A stretch of DNA of 63,390 nucleotides, filler included, from Globobulimina sp. (taxonomy: Eukaryota), in NCBI GenBank assembly GCA_003354225.1. It is 40 parts of 40 records of this genome, joined end to end, with 100 filler letters (N's around TTAATTAATTAA, not from the genome) between each part and the next. Parts side by side here need not be neighbours in the genome. Positions count along the whole stretch, not along the records: positions 36,518 to 38,004 come from PIVH01015901.1; positions 38,105 to 39,591 come from PIVH01015902.1; positions 39,692 to 41,178 come from PIVH01015903.1; positions 41,279 to 42,765 come from PIVH01015904.1; positions 42,866 to 44,352 come from PIVH01015905.1; positions 44,453 to 45,939 come from PIVH01015906.1; positions 46,040 to 47,526 come from PIVH01015907.1; positions 47,627 to 49,113 come from PIVH01015908.1; 32 more parts are not named here. One strand, given 5' to 3'. Each line of letters begins with the position of its first letter. The first letter of the stretch is position 1. Under the pieces are notes generated by a model. It saw only the letters and a program-made list of their open reading frames with translations, had not been told where the DNA came from and made no database searches. A program made the position numbers and the translations under genes. Of the stretch, positions 37,889-49,489 are shown one piece after another.

Positions 37889-38004
37889 CAGTAGTGTTCC
37901 CGATAAGAGGTACGCATATTAGTACTAATATTATATATTATACAGCTAATATATATATTAGACTGCGAAGTTTCCCTTAGGATTCTGATCATATATTGAA
38001 AATT
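37889..38004 (+). mobile_element. Family A element terminus, copy 3
   Basis: TA (37887-37888) followed by CAGTAGTGTTCCCGATAAGAGGTACGCATATTAGTACTAATAT... Confidence 0.88.
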
Positions 38005-38264
38005 NNNNNNNNNNNNNNNNNNNNNNNNNNNNNNNNNNNNNNNNNNNNTTAATTAATTAANNNNNNNNNNNNNNNNNNNNNNNNNNNNNNNNNNNNNNNN
38101 NNNNAAGTACAGTAACAATATAATTTATACAGACGAACAACCCAATTAGGTAATGAAAATAAATCAAAACATAACGTTTTTATATACGTTTAATTTTTAC
38201 GAAAAGGGCGACATAATAATTATATAGCAATAAGTGGCAATTTATTTTGCGTGAATTATTCTTT

Positions 38265-39494
38265 TTAAATCAGTTTTCCATAAATTTCAAATCCTGCACA
38301 TGTAATATAATAATAACCAGCTGAACTTCTTCCTGTTAATTTAAAGCGAAATACTCTGAATGACTTTGTGCAATGGGGAATAATCCAAGTATGCGATTTA
38401 TAAGAGCCATTTATTCGATGTTGCGAATCATTTTGATGTTGTTTGAGTATCTGCCATTTCTTTCCATCAACACTTCCTTCAAAATTCCAATTTCGCGGAA
38501 AATGACCTGTATGATCTTGTCTCCATGAATATGCAGTGGGTGTAATCAATCGAGATTTAAAATCGATGGAAATGGAAGCATTCGCGTTATTGTTGGTGAA
38601 ATTGTACAGTGCATTTTTATCATTGAACTTTCTTTCCATTACATTTTTAGCACAACTTCCATGACCGCCCCATCCGCATTCAGCTTTTACTTCCACCAAA
38701 CCTAAATCTATTGGATTTTTCCATGGTTTGTTACCAAAATCAGTGGCCAATGCATAGCATATTCCATTTTCGTCGAAATCTGAAGAATAAACGAAATCAG
38801 AACGATATTTGATTAATGTTTGTAAATTGGATAAAATGCATTTGTTGAGATTGCAAATTGATTCAATATTCGAAACAGGAGGTTTTAGCGATAATAAATT
38901 CGTATTTGCTACATCTTCAATCTTCCCATCAACACATTTAATTTGAACTGGATTTTCATTGATAACTAGAACAAATTCTAATTCATTTTCAGTTTTTTCA
39001 TCATCGATTATTTTCTTCATCCATCGAAATTGTTTGTTATTATTTGATGAAAATGATAGACTTTGAATTAATTGATGTAATTCACGTTGTTGTGATTTAT
39101 CATTTTGTACTGTTTTTAATTCGTTTTGCAATGATTGTATTTCATTGTTTTTCTGTTGAATAGTTTTGTTTTTTTGTTGTAATTCATTTTGAAAGGCTGT
39201 TGATGCGTCGTTTTTTCTTTTGATTTCATTGTTTTTTTGTTTTAACTCACTTTGTAACGATTTGATTTCATTGTTTTTTTCTTGAATTTTCTTGGTTTGT
39301 CTGTTTAACTCATTTTGTGATGCTTTTAGTTTGTCGTCTTTTCCTTTGATTTCATTTTGCTGAAATGATGGCGGTGCATACGATGTTTGTGGTGCTTGTG
39401 AGCCTGTTTGTGTTTCGAATTCGGTGTTGTTTTGTGTATCATCAACTTGTGCATCGGCTGGCGGTCCTTTTAACAATTCGTCCACTGCGCTCAT
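38265..39494 (-). CDS. Coiled-coil protein with a C-terminal galactose-binding/F5-8 type C-like domain (as in HECTD1/BTB proteins)
   Basis: Heptad QNEL repeats; SDFDENGICY, PTAYS, PRNWNFEGSVDG..W, FRVFR, GFEIYG. Confidence 0.75.
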   Translation of the reverse strand: MSAVDELLKGPPADAQVDDTQNNTEFETQTGSQAPQTSYAPPSFQQNEIKGKDDKLKASQNELNRQTKKIQEKNNEIKSLQSELKQKNNEIKRKNDASTAFQNELQQKNKTIQQKNNEIQSLQNELKTVQNDKSQQRELHQLIQSLSFSSNNNKQFRWMKKIIDDEKTENELEFVLVINENPVQIKCVDGKIEDVANTNLLSLKPPVSNIESICNLNKCILSNLQTLIKYRSDFVYSSDFDENGICYALATDFGNKPWKNPIDLGLVEVKAECGWGGHGSCAKNVMERKFNDKNALYNFTNNNANASISIDFKSRLITPTAYSWRQDHTGHFPRNWNFEGSVDGKKWQILKQHQNDSQHRINGSYKSHTWIIPHCTKSFRVFRFKLTGRSSAGYYYITCAGFEIYGKLI

Positions 39495-40068
39495 TGCGAA
39501 CTTTTGAATTTTCTTGCTAGGATAGTATTAGTATAGTAGGATAGTATAGGATCAGTAAAAAAAAACCGTTAAAAGACAAAGAGTGTGGACANNNNNNNNN
39601 NNNNNNNNNNNNNNNNNNNNNNNNNNNNNNNNNNNTTAATTAATTAANNNNNNNNNNNNNNNNNNNNNNNNNNNNNNNNNNNNNNNNNNNNAGCAATTAA
39701 GAGCACACGCAAGTGCAAGTTTTTTAGCTTGGAAATCAACAAAATCAACCAAAACTTCTCACTTTTTTACTCTTTATTTACACCATGACTCATTAGTGAA
39801 ACTGACGTGCATTAGATCGTCGACCGTTGCTTGCTTTGCAAGTGTAAACACGCGATCTCATACATAATGAGTCAAATAGCTGTGAATAAAGTAATGAATA
39901 AATTAGTGAACAAATCCTCAAACAAAAGAAAACGATCACCTGCAATAAATAAAATATCGCAACAGGTCATGTTTAATCTGAGAAACATTAAAACCACTTA
40001 ATCTGAGAAATCATTTCATATTAAACCTCCTCACACCTTGTTCTACATAGAATATACCTCGCAAAAAA

Positions 40069-41178
40069 TTGAAAACATCGACCATTCCCATCGCCAATCG
40101 TACCAACAACAACAATAACACAGCCGGCTCGAGATCGCATCCTCCAAAATATACATCGACCTCTACCAATAATAACATCAAACCCCATTCAAACGGCACA
40201 ATTAAACCGAGATTAAATGGTAACATCAATTATAAAATCAACACCACCAACAAACACAAAGCAAAACCCACCATACATAGCAATGACAAGCAAATGCAAT
40301 CGCAAATAGCCTCCATCACCAAACAAAAAAAGCAATTAATGGACGCCAACCACAAAATTACCTCATCTTTCAAAGGAATGGTATGTGATTTTATATTCAT
40401 TATTGCGGCAAAAAAACAACAACCTAACGAATAATAAGTGGAAATCCCGTGAAACGCCTAAGCATTTATTGAAAACGAGCACAAATACAACCGCTAAAGC
40501 AATGAAAACGGTGGTTCATAGTCCTAATAATGACAGTAATCGCGGATTAAAACGAAGAGCGTCTGGTCCACCCACACAACAACAACCAGCCGCTAAACGG
40601 CAGAAAATTGCGCCGAAAGCGCAATCGCAAGACGTCCCGTCGAACAATAAAAGCAAAGACGAGCCACCGCCGTTAGTCACATTGACGCAGTTAAAGTGGA
40701 AAAATAATCGAAATTTATCCGATTATCGCCTGGGCATTAAACCAAGTGACAATGGCCATGGCCAATCACCTAAGATATACAAAACCGGCTTATCACAGAT
40801 CGCCAGCCATCATATACAATGCGGGATATTCGAGGATGAAGATCTTGATCAGATGATACAGTTAAAACTATTTTATTTTGTTATTTTTTTTTGATTACAT
40901 GAGAAATATTTTTATTGTAACAGTCAACACAAAGTGTTAGCAAATAAATTGAAAGGATTGCGAGATGAGTCTGGGTGTAATATCCCGAAACAATTCGAGC
41001 CGATAAACAATAGGTCGCCGTGGGACTGTGTATTAGACGAAGTATGCCACATTGCCACGGATATAAACAATGCAAAATTGCAAACGCGAAGAAAAAATAA
41101 AATACTTTCAACCGCGATAAAACAAAACCCGACACATAAACTACACCGCAAATATAAGAAGAAGTACCAAAACAAAGC
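40069..41178 (+). CDS. Hypothetical low-complexity protein, probably spliced
   Basis: Three consecutive ORFs separated by GT..AG segments; NLS-like AAKRQK. Confidence 0.4.
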
Positions 41179-41278
41179 NNNNNNNNNNNNNNNNNNNNNN
41201 NNNNNNNNNNNNNNNNNNNNNNTTAATTAATTAANNNNNNNNNNNNNNNNNNNNNNNNNNNNNNNNNNNNNNNNNNNN

Positions 41279-42413
41279 AATCACATCCTGTATATAATAT
41301 CAGCGATAGCATTTGTCCCTTATTTAAAGGCGAACCCATTAATATATGCCTTTTTGCCTTCATTTTCTCATTCACAATGCTCAGAATTGAAAATGTATTC
41401 TCCTTTTCATCAATCTCCGTCAAACATAGATCCGATTTAAATCCATTGTCTATCACTTCATCCATCAATGCGTATAAATAGCCATCATTTGGCTCTCTGA
41501 CACTCGGATACTTTGCATATAATTCTTCCTCAAAATCCGTCGGAACATACAACGGATGGTTTTGGTGATGCGCATCGTTGAAAATTAAAGATTTGATATT
41601 TTGAGCTAATTTGATGTGCCTTTTTCTCGGCGGATGTTTATAAATATGAATATGACACAAATCATCCAATCTGTTGCCATTTAGTTGCAATCGTTTATAT
41701 GCATGACACTCATCGAAATATCTACAAATTGGTTTATCCCTCGTATGGTTTTGGTGGTGCTGATAGTTCAGAATATGATTTAAATTCTGTTCAGTGCAAT
41801 CGTACGCATTTTTGACTGCATTATATACGGAACATTGCAGAGGATCTGAGCAATCCTTTGCTTTTAGCATTTGTGGACAGGATATATTGCTGTCATCCAA
41901 CACTTTATAAATATAATGGACCTTCGATTTAATACACAATCCCTTTTCAAGTATTTCCTGCTCAGAAAAAGAAGTAATGGATTGCTGTGCGACTGCATTA
42001 ATAATATCATTGGATGGATTGTTGCCTTCGTAGTTGTAAATATCATCGCCATCGACACAACAAAATGATTCCTTTGCAATGTACAGAATTGAAAATTTAA
42101 TTGGAGAAAAGATGTCGTTCAAAGCATCAACAACAGCCTTTAACAGATGCATAATTTGAGCTCGATCAACATACATAAATGGAATCGTAAATTCATTATT
42201 ATATTTATCACCAAAAAAATCTTGAGGACCGGTTACGAATACTGGAATTTTCACGATTTTTTCGTTATTAATGTTGAAATTTCTCGCAATTGCGAGCTTT
42301 GGTTTATTGCATATTTCATTTTTGTTGTTGATATAATTATTCTTGTAGTAAATAATGGACGATACAAAAGCTGCACCGATTACACCACACACAACAAGTT
42401 GTTTGGATGACAT
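41279..42413 (-). CDS. Membrane-anchored protein with PBZ-like Cys/His motifs and the start of a probable ART (ADP-ribosyltransferase) domain, 3' truncated
   Basis: N-terminal TM; CRYFDECHAY...HIHIYKHP; ends LSLILYTGCD, resembling the xxLYT helix preceding ART domains. Confidence 0.45.
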
Positions 42414-43144
42414 ATAATTTCAACTAAATCTGACAAAGAATTTAAGAAAACTTCAACTAGAAAAAACTCAACTTGAAATAGTAATTTGTCATTTACAGCC
42501 CCCATACGGCATCTATCATATCCTCACAAATTGCAAACGCAAAAACTATACTAAATTTTCCAATAGTAAAAGATTATGAATTTAGATTGGTGAAGGAATC
42601 AGATTACACTGCAATACTCGAATTATGTGAGAACGTATATGACGGAAACGAATTTATATGTTTTCAATTTCATGCAATGTGTGATGTTTCTAACAAAATT
42701 AATAGTAGTTATTTTGGTCGATTTTGATCAATAAACCATGCAGTACAATGCCTAAATTCTCCTTTNNNNNNNNNNNNNNNNNNNNNNNNNNNNNNNNNNN
42801 NNNNNNNNNTTAATTAATTAANNNNNNNNNNNNNNNNNNNNNNNNNNNNNNNNNNNNNNNNNNNNTGCTGACATTAAAAAAGCTTTGTGGATTTATTTTT
42901 TTTGCTCCACACTGCTGTTTCACAAGTAAGAAAACTCCACAATTCTGTTCCGCAAAAAATGAGCCTGGCATTCAAGCGAGATATCAATTGGAAATGTCAA
43001 AACACATCACAGTGGAAATGATGATCACAATTGTAAATGATGATCACACCATCAACACAATTGGAAATGAATAACACAGCATGGCTAAATCAGCATGGCT
43101 CCATCTCAGGCCCACGTGGTGTTTAAAGGGTTAAGAATAGAAAT

Positions 43145-43248
43145 GGCTCTTTCCACAGAAACGGTATGATTTTGTGACCTTTTGTAAACAAAAAGCAACG
43201 AACAAGCAAACACAGTCAACACAAACGAAATCATAGTCAACAGAAACA
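43145..43248 (+). mobile_element. Family B terminus, third copy
   Basis: AT|GGCTCTTTCCACAGAAACGGTATG... matches the first ~104 bp of the 139-bp TIR. Confidence 0.85.
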
Positions 43249-43852
43249 ACAAAAAATCCAACAAAACCCACCATCAAAACACTTCTTCTGTGATGGTGGA
43301 ATACTTTTGTGATGAAATGCCAACTATTTTGATTGTCAATATTTTAAAAAGATTCAATATTATATTATCCACAGTTAAATGCTACCTTTGTTGCTGTGTA
43401 TTTTATCATCGTATATAGATTACCATTGCATTTAATAGGTCCATTTAAACCATTATTCTGTTTCGTATGTTTGATATGATCAAATTAAAAAATTAATACA
43501 AGAAAGTAATGAATTTGATGAATTTTTTTCTCGTCGATCAGGTCGCTCAGTTGGTCGCTGGACTAAAACGTTGATAAAGACTCTAGAATGTAATGAATAA
43601 ATTTGCATCTTCCAATAATGATTTAGATTCAATAATAAATACCAATGTTATATTGAATTGCAATAATAATTAATAACAGAACTATTAGGAGCTCTGCATT
43701 TAATTCAATGTGAGAGTTGCAGTATAAATAATACAAATCAAAATCCAATGACAATGATACAGAATACAGAATACATCAAGATATTATGAATGGATAGCAG
43801 ATAGTATTCTATGTTTTGATGTTGAATTTGGTAACTATTATTATGATGATAC

Positions 43853-43990
43853 CAGTAGTGTTCCCGATAAGATATACACATATGATCCTATAATATATAT
43901 GTTAGCTTCGATCATATAAAAATAAATGGTGGACCTGTCAAGGGATCATATAAGATCATAATATATATTCTTCGGTAATATATATATATA
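43853..43990 (+). mobile_element. Family A terminus, divergent copy 4
   Basis: CAGTAGTGTTCCCGATAAGA identical for 20 bp, then AT/GATCATAT-rich; preceded by TAC rather than TA. Confidence 0.7.
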
Positions 43991-44105
43991 TACCATAGGC
44001 GGCAAGAATTGCCTTTACATAATGTATTGAGCCGGTTCTCATATTGTAGCGTTTATCAAACGGTTTATTTTGAGCTATTTTGCATATTATGCGCTTGTAT
44101 AGATA

Positions 44106-44352
44106 TTGAGATATGATCCGCAATGTAATGGTTTCTTAGATGTAGACGAGATCTGCAGACAAGGAACGTGTACGGAGACCAAATGTAAATGTACCCGTGA
44201 ACATGCACCACATTGTTGCGATGATAAAGATTTCCGTAATGGCTACACTGCGGAATGTGCCGGATACGATTTGGAAGCGGATTGTGTTGCTATGGAATGT
44301 GCACAAAGAGAATGTATATGTTGCGATGGCAAAACGTATTTCAATCCGTGCG
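44106..44352 (+). CDS. Cys-rich protein fragment
   Basis: About 14 Cys in ~80 aa, open to the contig end. Confidence 0.4.
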
Positions 44353-44452
44353 NNNNNNNNNNNNNNNNNNNNNNNNNNNNNNNNNNNNNNNNNNNNTTAA
44401 TTAATTAANNNNNNNNNNNNNNNNNNNNNNNNNNNNNNNNNNNNNNNNNNNN

Positions 44453-45939
44453 ACACGCGCCAAATTAAAACAACAAACAAGAGACTCAGTAATCAAATTC
44501 TTTACGGGTTTCCCAGACAGCGAAGATATCAATGTCCCATCATTATTGCATGCAACCCTAAAATATCTATCAAACACTTATAAATTATCCGACATCAGTT
44601 CAACAACAAAAGAAATCCATTCCGCCTTTAAATCAAAACACTCATTATTTTATATCCTCGAAGCATGGTCCGATACAATGGATTTTGTACTATCAGCCCT
44701 CAACAATCACACCAAATATAACCCGATAATCAATTTATTAATTGATTGGGTACAGATATGCAAAGCCAGCATCACTTTATTCAAAGCGAAGATTACTCCA
44801 TATGCCAAAAAACAATATTTCAACGTAGTCAATTTTTGGTCCACCATAATGGATATATTTCGATTCTATTTAGACCATTCAACCCCTTTCAGTTTATTAA
44901 TGAACAACAACCATTACACGGATAGATTTAATACCATTGCACCGCGAAGCAATGTAATCCAATTCCTATTGAGTACATTCACCAATTTCAGCATGGAAGA
45001 TTATGAAAAAGACAAAAAAGTGAATATATTTATTGATTCAAGAAATCCACCGCATGCAAATCATTTCAATTCCAATTCCAATCACAATCCACATTTTAAA
45101 CATAAAAATAACACTCGATTTCCCAACAATAACAACAACAGAAATCCCAACAATAATAATAACCGTTATCCAAATAATAACAACAATTGGAATAACAACA
45201 ACGATAAACCAAACTTTCCCAATAATCGCAATTTCAACACCAATAACAAAAATAGAACACCACGACCAAACCCAACACAAACAAATAGTTATTATGCCTC
45301 CAAAGACAGAGTCCGTGCGTTTAGAAAATGTTGCCATGAATGTATGGGCGAATATGGCGTGCCATGCCCTGGAGAATGTTGCATGTTCCGTTATTTCCTC
45401 GGAAACTGTAGTAATCCAAGAAATAAATGTGGACCGGATGGCGAATTCAAACATATCTGCGCATTCCATCCGGATCAAACTCACACGTTTAAAAATTGTG
45501 ACGCAGCTAAATCAAAACCAAATATTCAAAAAAACTATATTGCCAAATTTGGCGAATTCTCTTTCTAATTTATCTTTTACTTTTGTGGGTGGGCTAATTT
45601 AATACATTATAATTCATTTACCAATGATAACAAACTCTCGCAAAAGCAATAAATTCATCACAGCCAACTACTACTAAACGTCCCTATCTCCAAATAAACT
45701 CATCCTAAACCACTAACCCATGAACAACACTTTACATTTTGACTAAAAAGGGTTTTTGCAAACTGTCACTTCAAATATATAGCCCTAAACCCTAAATTCG
45801 CAAAACAACTAAAACAAAGACTCGATCAATTTACCGATCTCCATAACCAACCATCCAAATTCTATAATCAATTAAATATACCAGCATTTGAACAATATTT
45901 AAAAAATAAACCAAAAGGCAAATCTGATATAAAATGGAT
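44453..45939 (+). mobile_element. DIRS/Ngaro-like retrotransposon: gag-like ORF1 (44546-45568) and decayed start of the next ORF
   Basis: CMF...GNC....KC....FKHIC..H...H....C knuckle at the ORF end; downstream QLNIPAFEQYLKNKP resembles the pre-RT segment of YR retroelements; A+C-rich strand. Confidence 0.55.
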
Positions 45940-46057
45940 NNNNNNNNNNNNNNNNNNNNNNNNNNNNNNNNNNNNNNNNNNNNTTAATTAATTAANNNNN
46001 NNNNNNNNNNNNNNNNNNNNNNNNNNNNNNNNNNNNNNNTTAATATTAAATAAAGAG

Positions 46058-47506
46058 TCAACAATCAGTGCGAGTGAATGTGGTTATTATGCCGGGAATG
46101 GATTTGGTTGTGGTCCATACCAAAATGATATTGAAAATAAAACAAAAAGACAAAAAACATAGCCTTAAAGTGCTGATTTTTATGTCTCTATCTATGCAAA
46201 ATACCGACGGAATCACTGATTTATAAATTACAATTCCATTTCTTTTCGAGTTCTTATAAACTATCAATTCGTATTCTAAGTCATTGTCCATATTCTCCTC
46301 ATCTTCGGCATCTATCCCATTTCCATGATCATCAAACATTTCTTCGTATTGTATTCTAGCCACAAAGTTATAATCATTGCGTATCCCGTCCTCTTTGCTA
46401 TACTTTACCATCGACACAATATTATGCTTATTTTCATTATTCAAGTATTTATATCTTATCTTCACATGATAGGGATACAATATTTGCGCATAAAACTTAT
46501 GTATGTCGCTGTTTAAAACTGGAGAGCATTTCTTTAATATCTGTGTGATATTACCACTTAATAAAAACAAGGAAGATGGATGTTGCTCATTGAATGCATT
46601 GCTATTTTCGAATCCTATATCATATATGAAATATAAATAAAACAGATTTAATTCAAACAATAATCTCTCAAATACCGTATAATAATACATCTCAGACATT
46701 GAAAAATATTCATTATTATTACGCAAAAGTCGCCTATTTTGTTTCCGCAATGCTTCCTTGGCTTTGTCAACAGACTCATTGCCATTCACATTATCCTTAT
46801 CCTCATCAGAATCTATATCAGTTTCACCGTCATCGGCTATGTCATTTATATCACCATCCTTCGGCCCAAAAAAGCAATTATTTTTTGTGACTGGTTTGAC
46901 GAATAATGTCTCACTAAACAATTGAGAATGAGTACATAATAAATCAATCCATCCAAACAGCTCTTGTTCCAAATCATTCTCTGTGATATCACAATCTTTA
47001 TAGATTTGGTCTATCTCCTCCTGGGTAGTAATCTTATCCTTTTTATTGATCAATAGGTCTATTAATTGATTTACTTTCTCCTCCATCTCAATATAATCGA
47101 TGGTCACCTGAGTCAGTGGAGGTATGCTGGTCATGGCGGGCGTCAATGGCGACAAAATGGGACTGCTGCAAAAACCAATGGGATTTGCTGCGAAAACCAA
47201 TGGCATCGGAACATCATATTTCTCCTCATCCTGCACACTAAAACTAAAAGGAAGTGAAGCTATCGCGGTTTGTTCCGGCCTTTTGTGCATAATCAATGAT
47301 CTGCGCTTAATACGCTTCTTGGCCATCATTTTGTGAGTGATCGTTTTCATAGTCTGCGTGGAGACATTTTTAAAAGTTAATATGGGCGAAAAGGGGGTTA
47401 AACGTATCGGTGTCATCGGCGAATGTAACTTATTATGAGCACCGAAGGCATTGTCCTTTATTTTATCAAAAGCTTCTTGTTTTTTGTTGTTATGCACTTT
47501 CTGCAA
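46058..47506 (-). CDS. Hypothetical protein with acidic low-complexity segments
   Basis: 482-aa open frame; no family recognised. Confidence 0.55.
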   Translation of the reverse strand: MQKVHNNKKQEAFDKIKDNAFGAHNKLHSPMTPIRLTPFSPILTFKNVSTQTMKTITHKMMAKKRIKRRSLIMHKRPEQTAIASLPFSFSVQDEEKYDVPMPLVFAANPIGFCSSPILSPLTPAMTSIPPLTQVTIDYIEMEEKVNQLIDLLINKKDKITTQEEIDQIYKDCDITENDLEQELFGWIDLLCTHSQLFSETLFVKPVTKNNCFFGPKDGDINDIADDGETDIDSDEDKDNVNGNESVDKAKEALRKQNRRLLRNNNEYFSMSEMYYYTVFERLLFELNLFYLYFIYDIGFENSNAFNEQHPSSLFLLSGNITQILKKCSPVLNSDIHKFYAQILYPYHVKIRYKYLNNENKHNIVSMVKYSKEDGIRNDYNFVARIQYEEMFDDHGNGIDAEDEENMDNDLEYELIVYKNSKRNGIVIYKSVIPSVFCIDRDIKISTLRLCFLSFCFIFNIILVWTTTKSIPGIITTFTRTDC

Positions 47507-47626
47507 TATGTGGCGATGTAGATTTANNNNNNNNNNNNNNNNNNNNNNNNNNNNNNNNNNNNNNNNNNNNTTAATTAATTAANNNNNNNNNNNNNNNNNN
47601 NNNNNNNNNNNNNNNNNNNNNNNNNN

Positions 47627-48600
47627 GATTTGGGATCAGGGTTAGGTGCAACCAGAGCCTTTTTATGAGCGGCTGAGATGGCCTTTTTAGCTTCACTATC
47701 TAAATTTTTGAGTTCATCATTTGTGAACTTCTTAGAATGTACAAGTTGTACTCTAAAGCGCTCAAGGGGATCACTAAGTCTAACACAGTGTCTCTCACTG
47801 TCATCACGATATAATTCATGGGCATCAGAGTTTGAATGAGAATGAATTCTCGTACAATTAGCATGAACAATAACAGGTTCATTATTATTGATGGCATGTT
47901 CCTTTGCTGCATCCATGATATTCATCGAATCGAATATATTTTTCCCATCACAATACATTATCCGCAAATTTTTTATTCCTCTGTAGTTCTCAGCAGCACG
48001 TCTGTTTGCAGATTGATCACGTTGCGGAACTGAGATGCCATACTGATTATCCTGGAATACAAATACCACCGGAAGTTTCTCTTTTGATGCACCATTAATT
48101 GCTTCAAAAACATATCCTTCAGATGTTGATGACTCTCCTTGTGAGCTAATTGCAACTCCCCCACCCTTATATAATTTTATCGATCTGGCAACACCCACTG
48201 CATGCAAAGTGTGGTTACCTGTTGCAGATGATACATTTTGAATATTCCATTCTGGCTTTGCAAAATGGTTCGACATATGACGCCCACCACTTGCAACATC
48301 CGTTGCTTTTGAAATACCGTTAAGTATTATTTCTTCGGCAGTTATTCCTGCTGAAATTGCAGATAACATATCCCTGTAATAAGGAAATAGGAAATCAGTT
48401 TTTCTATCAAAAACCTGCCCTATGGCGAGCTGGATACCATCATGACCAGCATATGGTGCATGGTAAGACCATCCCAATGCCTGTTTCAAGTAATTTGGAG
48501 CCTTCTCATCTAACTGCCTGCCAAGAGTCATCAATGAGTACCACTTCTGTAGTGTTTTTTTATTTGTATTATCTAAAGAGTATTTTCTTTTCTGTGCCAT
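47627..48600 (-). CDS. Bacterial 2-oxoisovalerate/2-oxoacid dehydrogenase E1 (alpha part, likely an alpha-beta fusion), truncated
   Basis: SYHAPYAGH, FPYYRD, GGRHMSNH, ThDP motif GESSTSEG...QDN, RIHSHSNSD; intronless, Bacteroidota-like. Confidence 0.9.
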
Positions 48601-48921
48601 GCCATTATTAATTTGATGCAAAAATAACTATAAATTTTTATTTTAAATGATTCTAAATAATATATAACCAATAATAACTCAGAAGTTTCACACATTCCTA
48701 AATCAGTGTTCATGGAATGATTATTGAAATGGTTGAAGCCATATCAGCATTAAGCTAATAATTAACTGAATTTCTCAAATTAAAAATTGATTATTCTCTA
48801 TTTTGCAAAGCTAATTAGCCTATCTTATCAAAATGTATTAGGTTAACAAATAATAACTACTTTTGCACCGCCATTAAATAATATGGAAATCAACGAAATA
48901 CATTTCTTTTAAACAATCCCA

Positions 48922-49113
48922 ATGAACAATTTTGAAGAGCTAAATTTAAACGACGAATTAATATCTGCCATTACCGAACTCGGTTTCGTTAAACCCACTC
49001 CCATACAGGAGCTAGTAATTCCGGTGCTGCTTGATTCAGATCGCGATATGGTCGGACTTGCACAAACCGGTACTGGTAAAACTGCAGCATTTGGCTTACC
49101 GATGATTCAGAAA
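48922..49113 (+). CDS. Bacterial DEAD-box RNA helicase (DeaD/CshA-like), N-terminus
   Basis: Q-motif GFVKPTPIQ, Walker A AQTGTGKTAAFGLP. Confidence 0.9.
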
Positions 49114-49489
49114 NNNNNNNNNNNNNNNNNNNNNNNNNNNNNNNNNNNNNNNNNNNNTTAATTAATTAANNNNNNNNNNNNNNNNNNNNNNNNNNNNNNN
49201 NNNNNNNNNNNNNTCGTGGGAACCGTGTTAAAAAATGAGGTTACCATGGTTGCAACATGGTAAATTTAAATTAAATGGTTTTCTGAGCCTGGGTTTCCTA
49301 AATAGTTGCCGCGCAACTATTTAGTTGCTATTTCATTACAAAAACGAAAATGAGCAACTATTTTCAGACTAAAAACGAAAATGGGCAACTATTTCAGTTA
49401 CTAATCCAACCAACCAATATAATAATCAGGAAAGCAGTAAATATTAATAAAAAACAATGATCAATCATTAAGTAACTATGATCAATACA

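Noticed and set aside
43541-43585. GCTCAGTTGG A-box-like motif as a tRNA
   Set aside because: No downstream T-arm/B-box.
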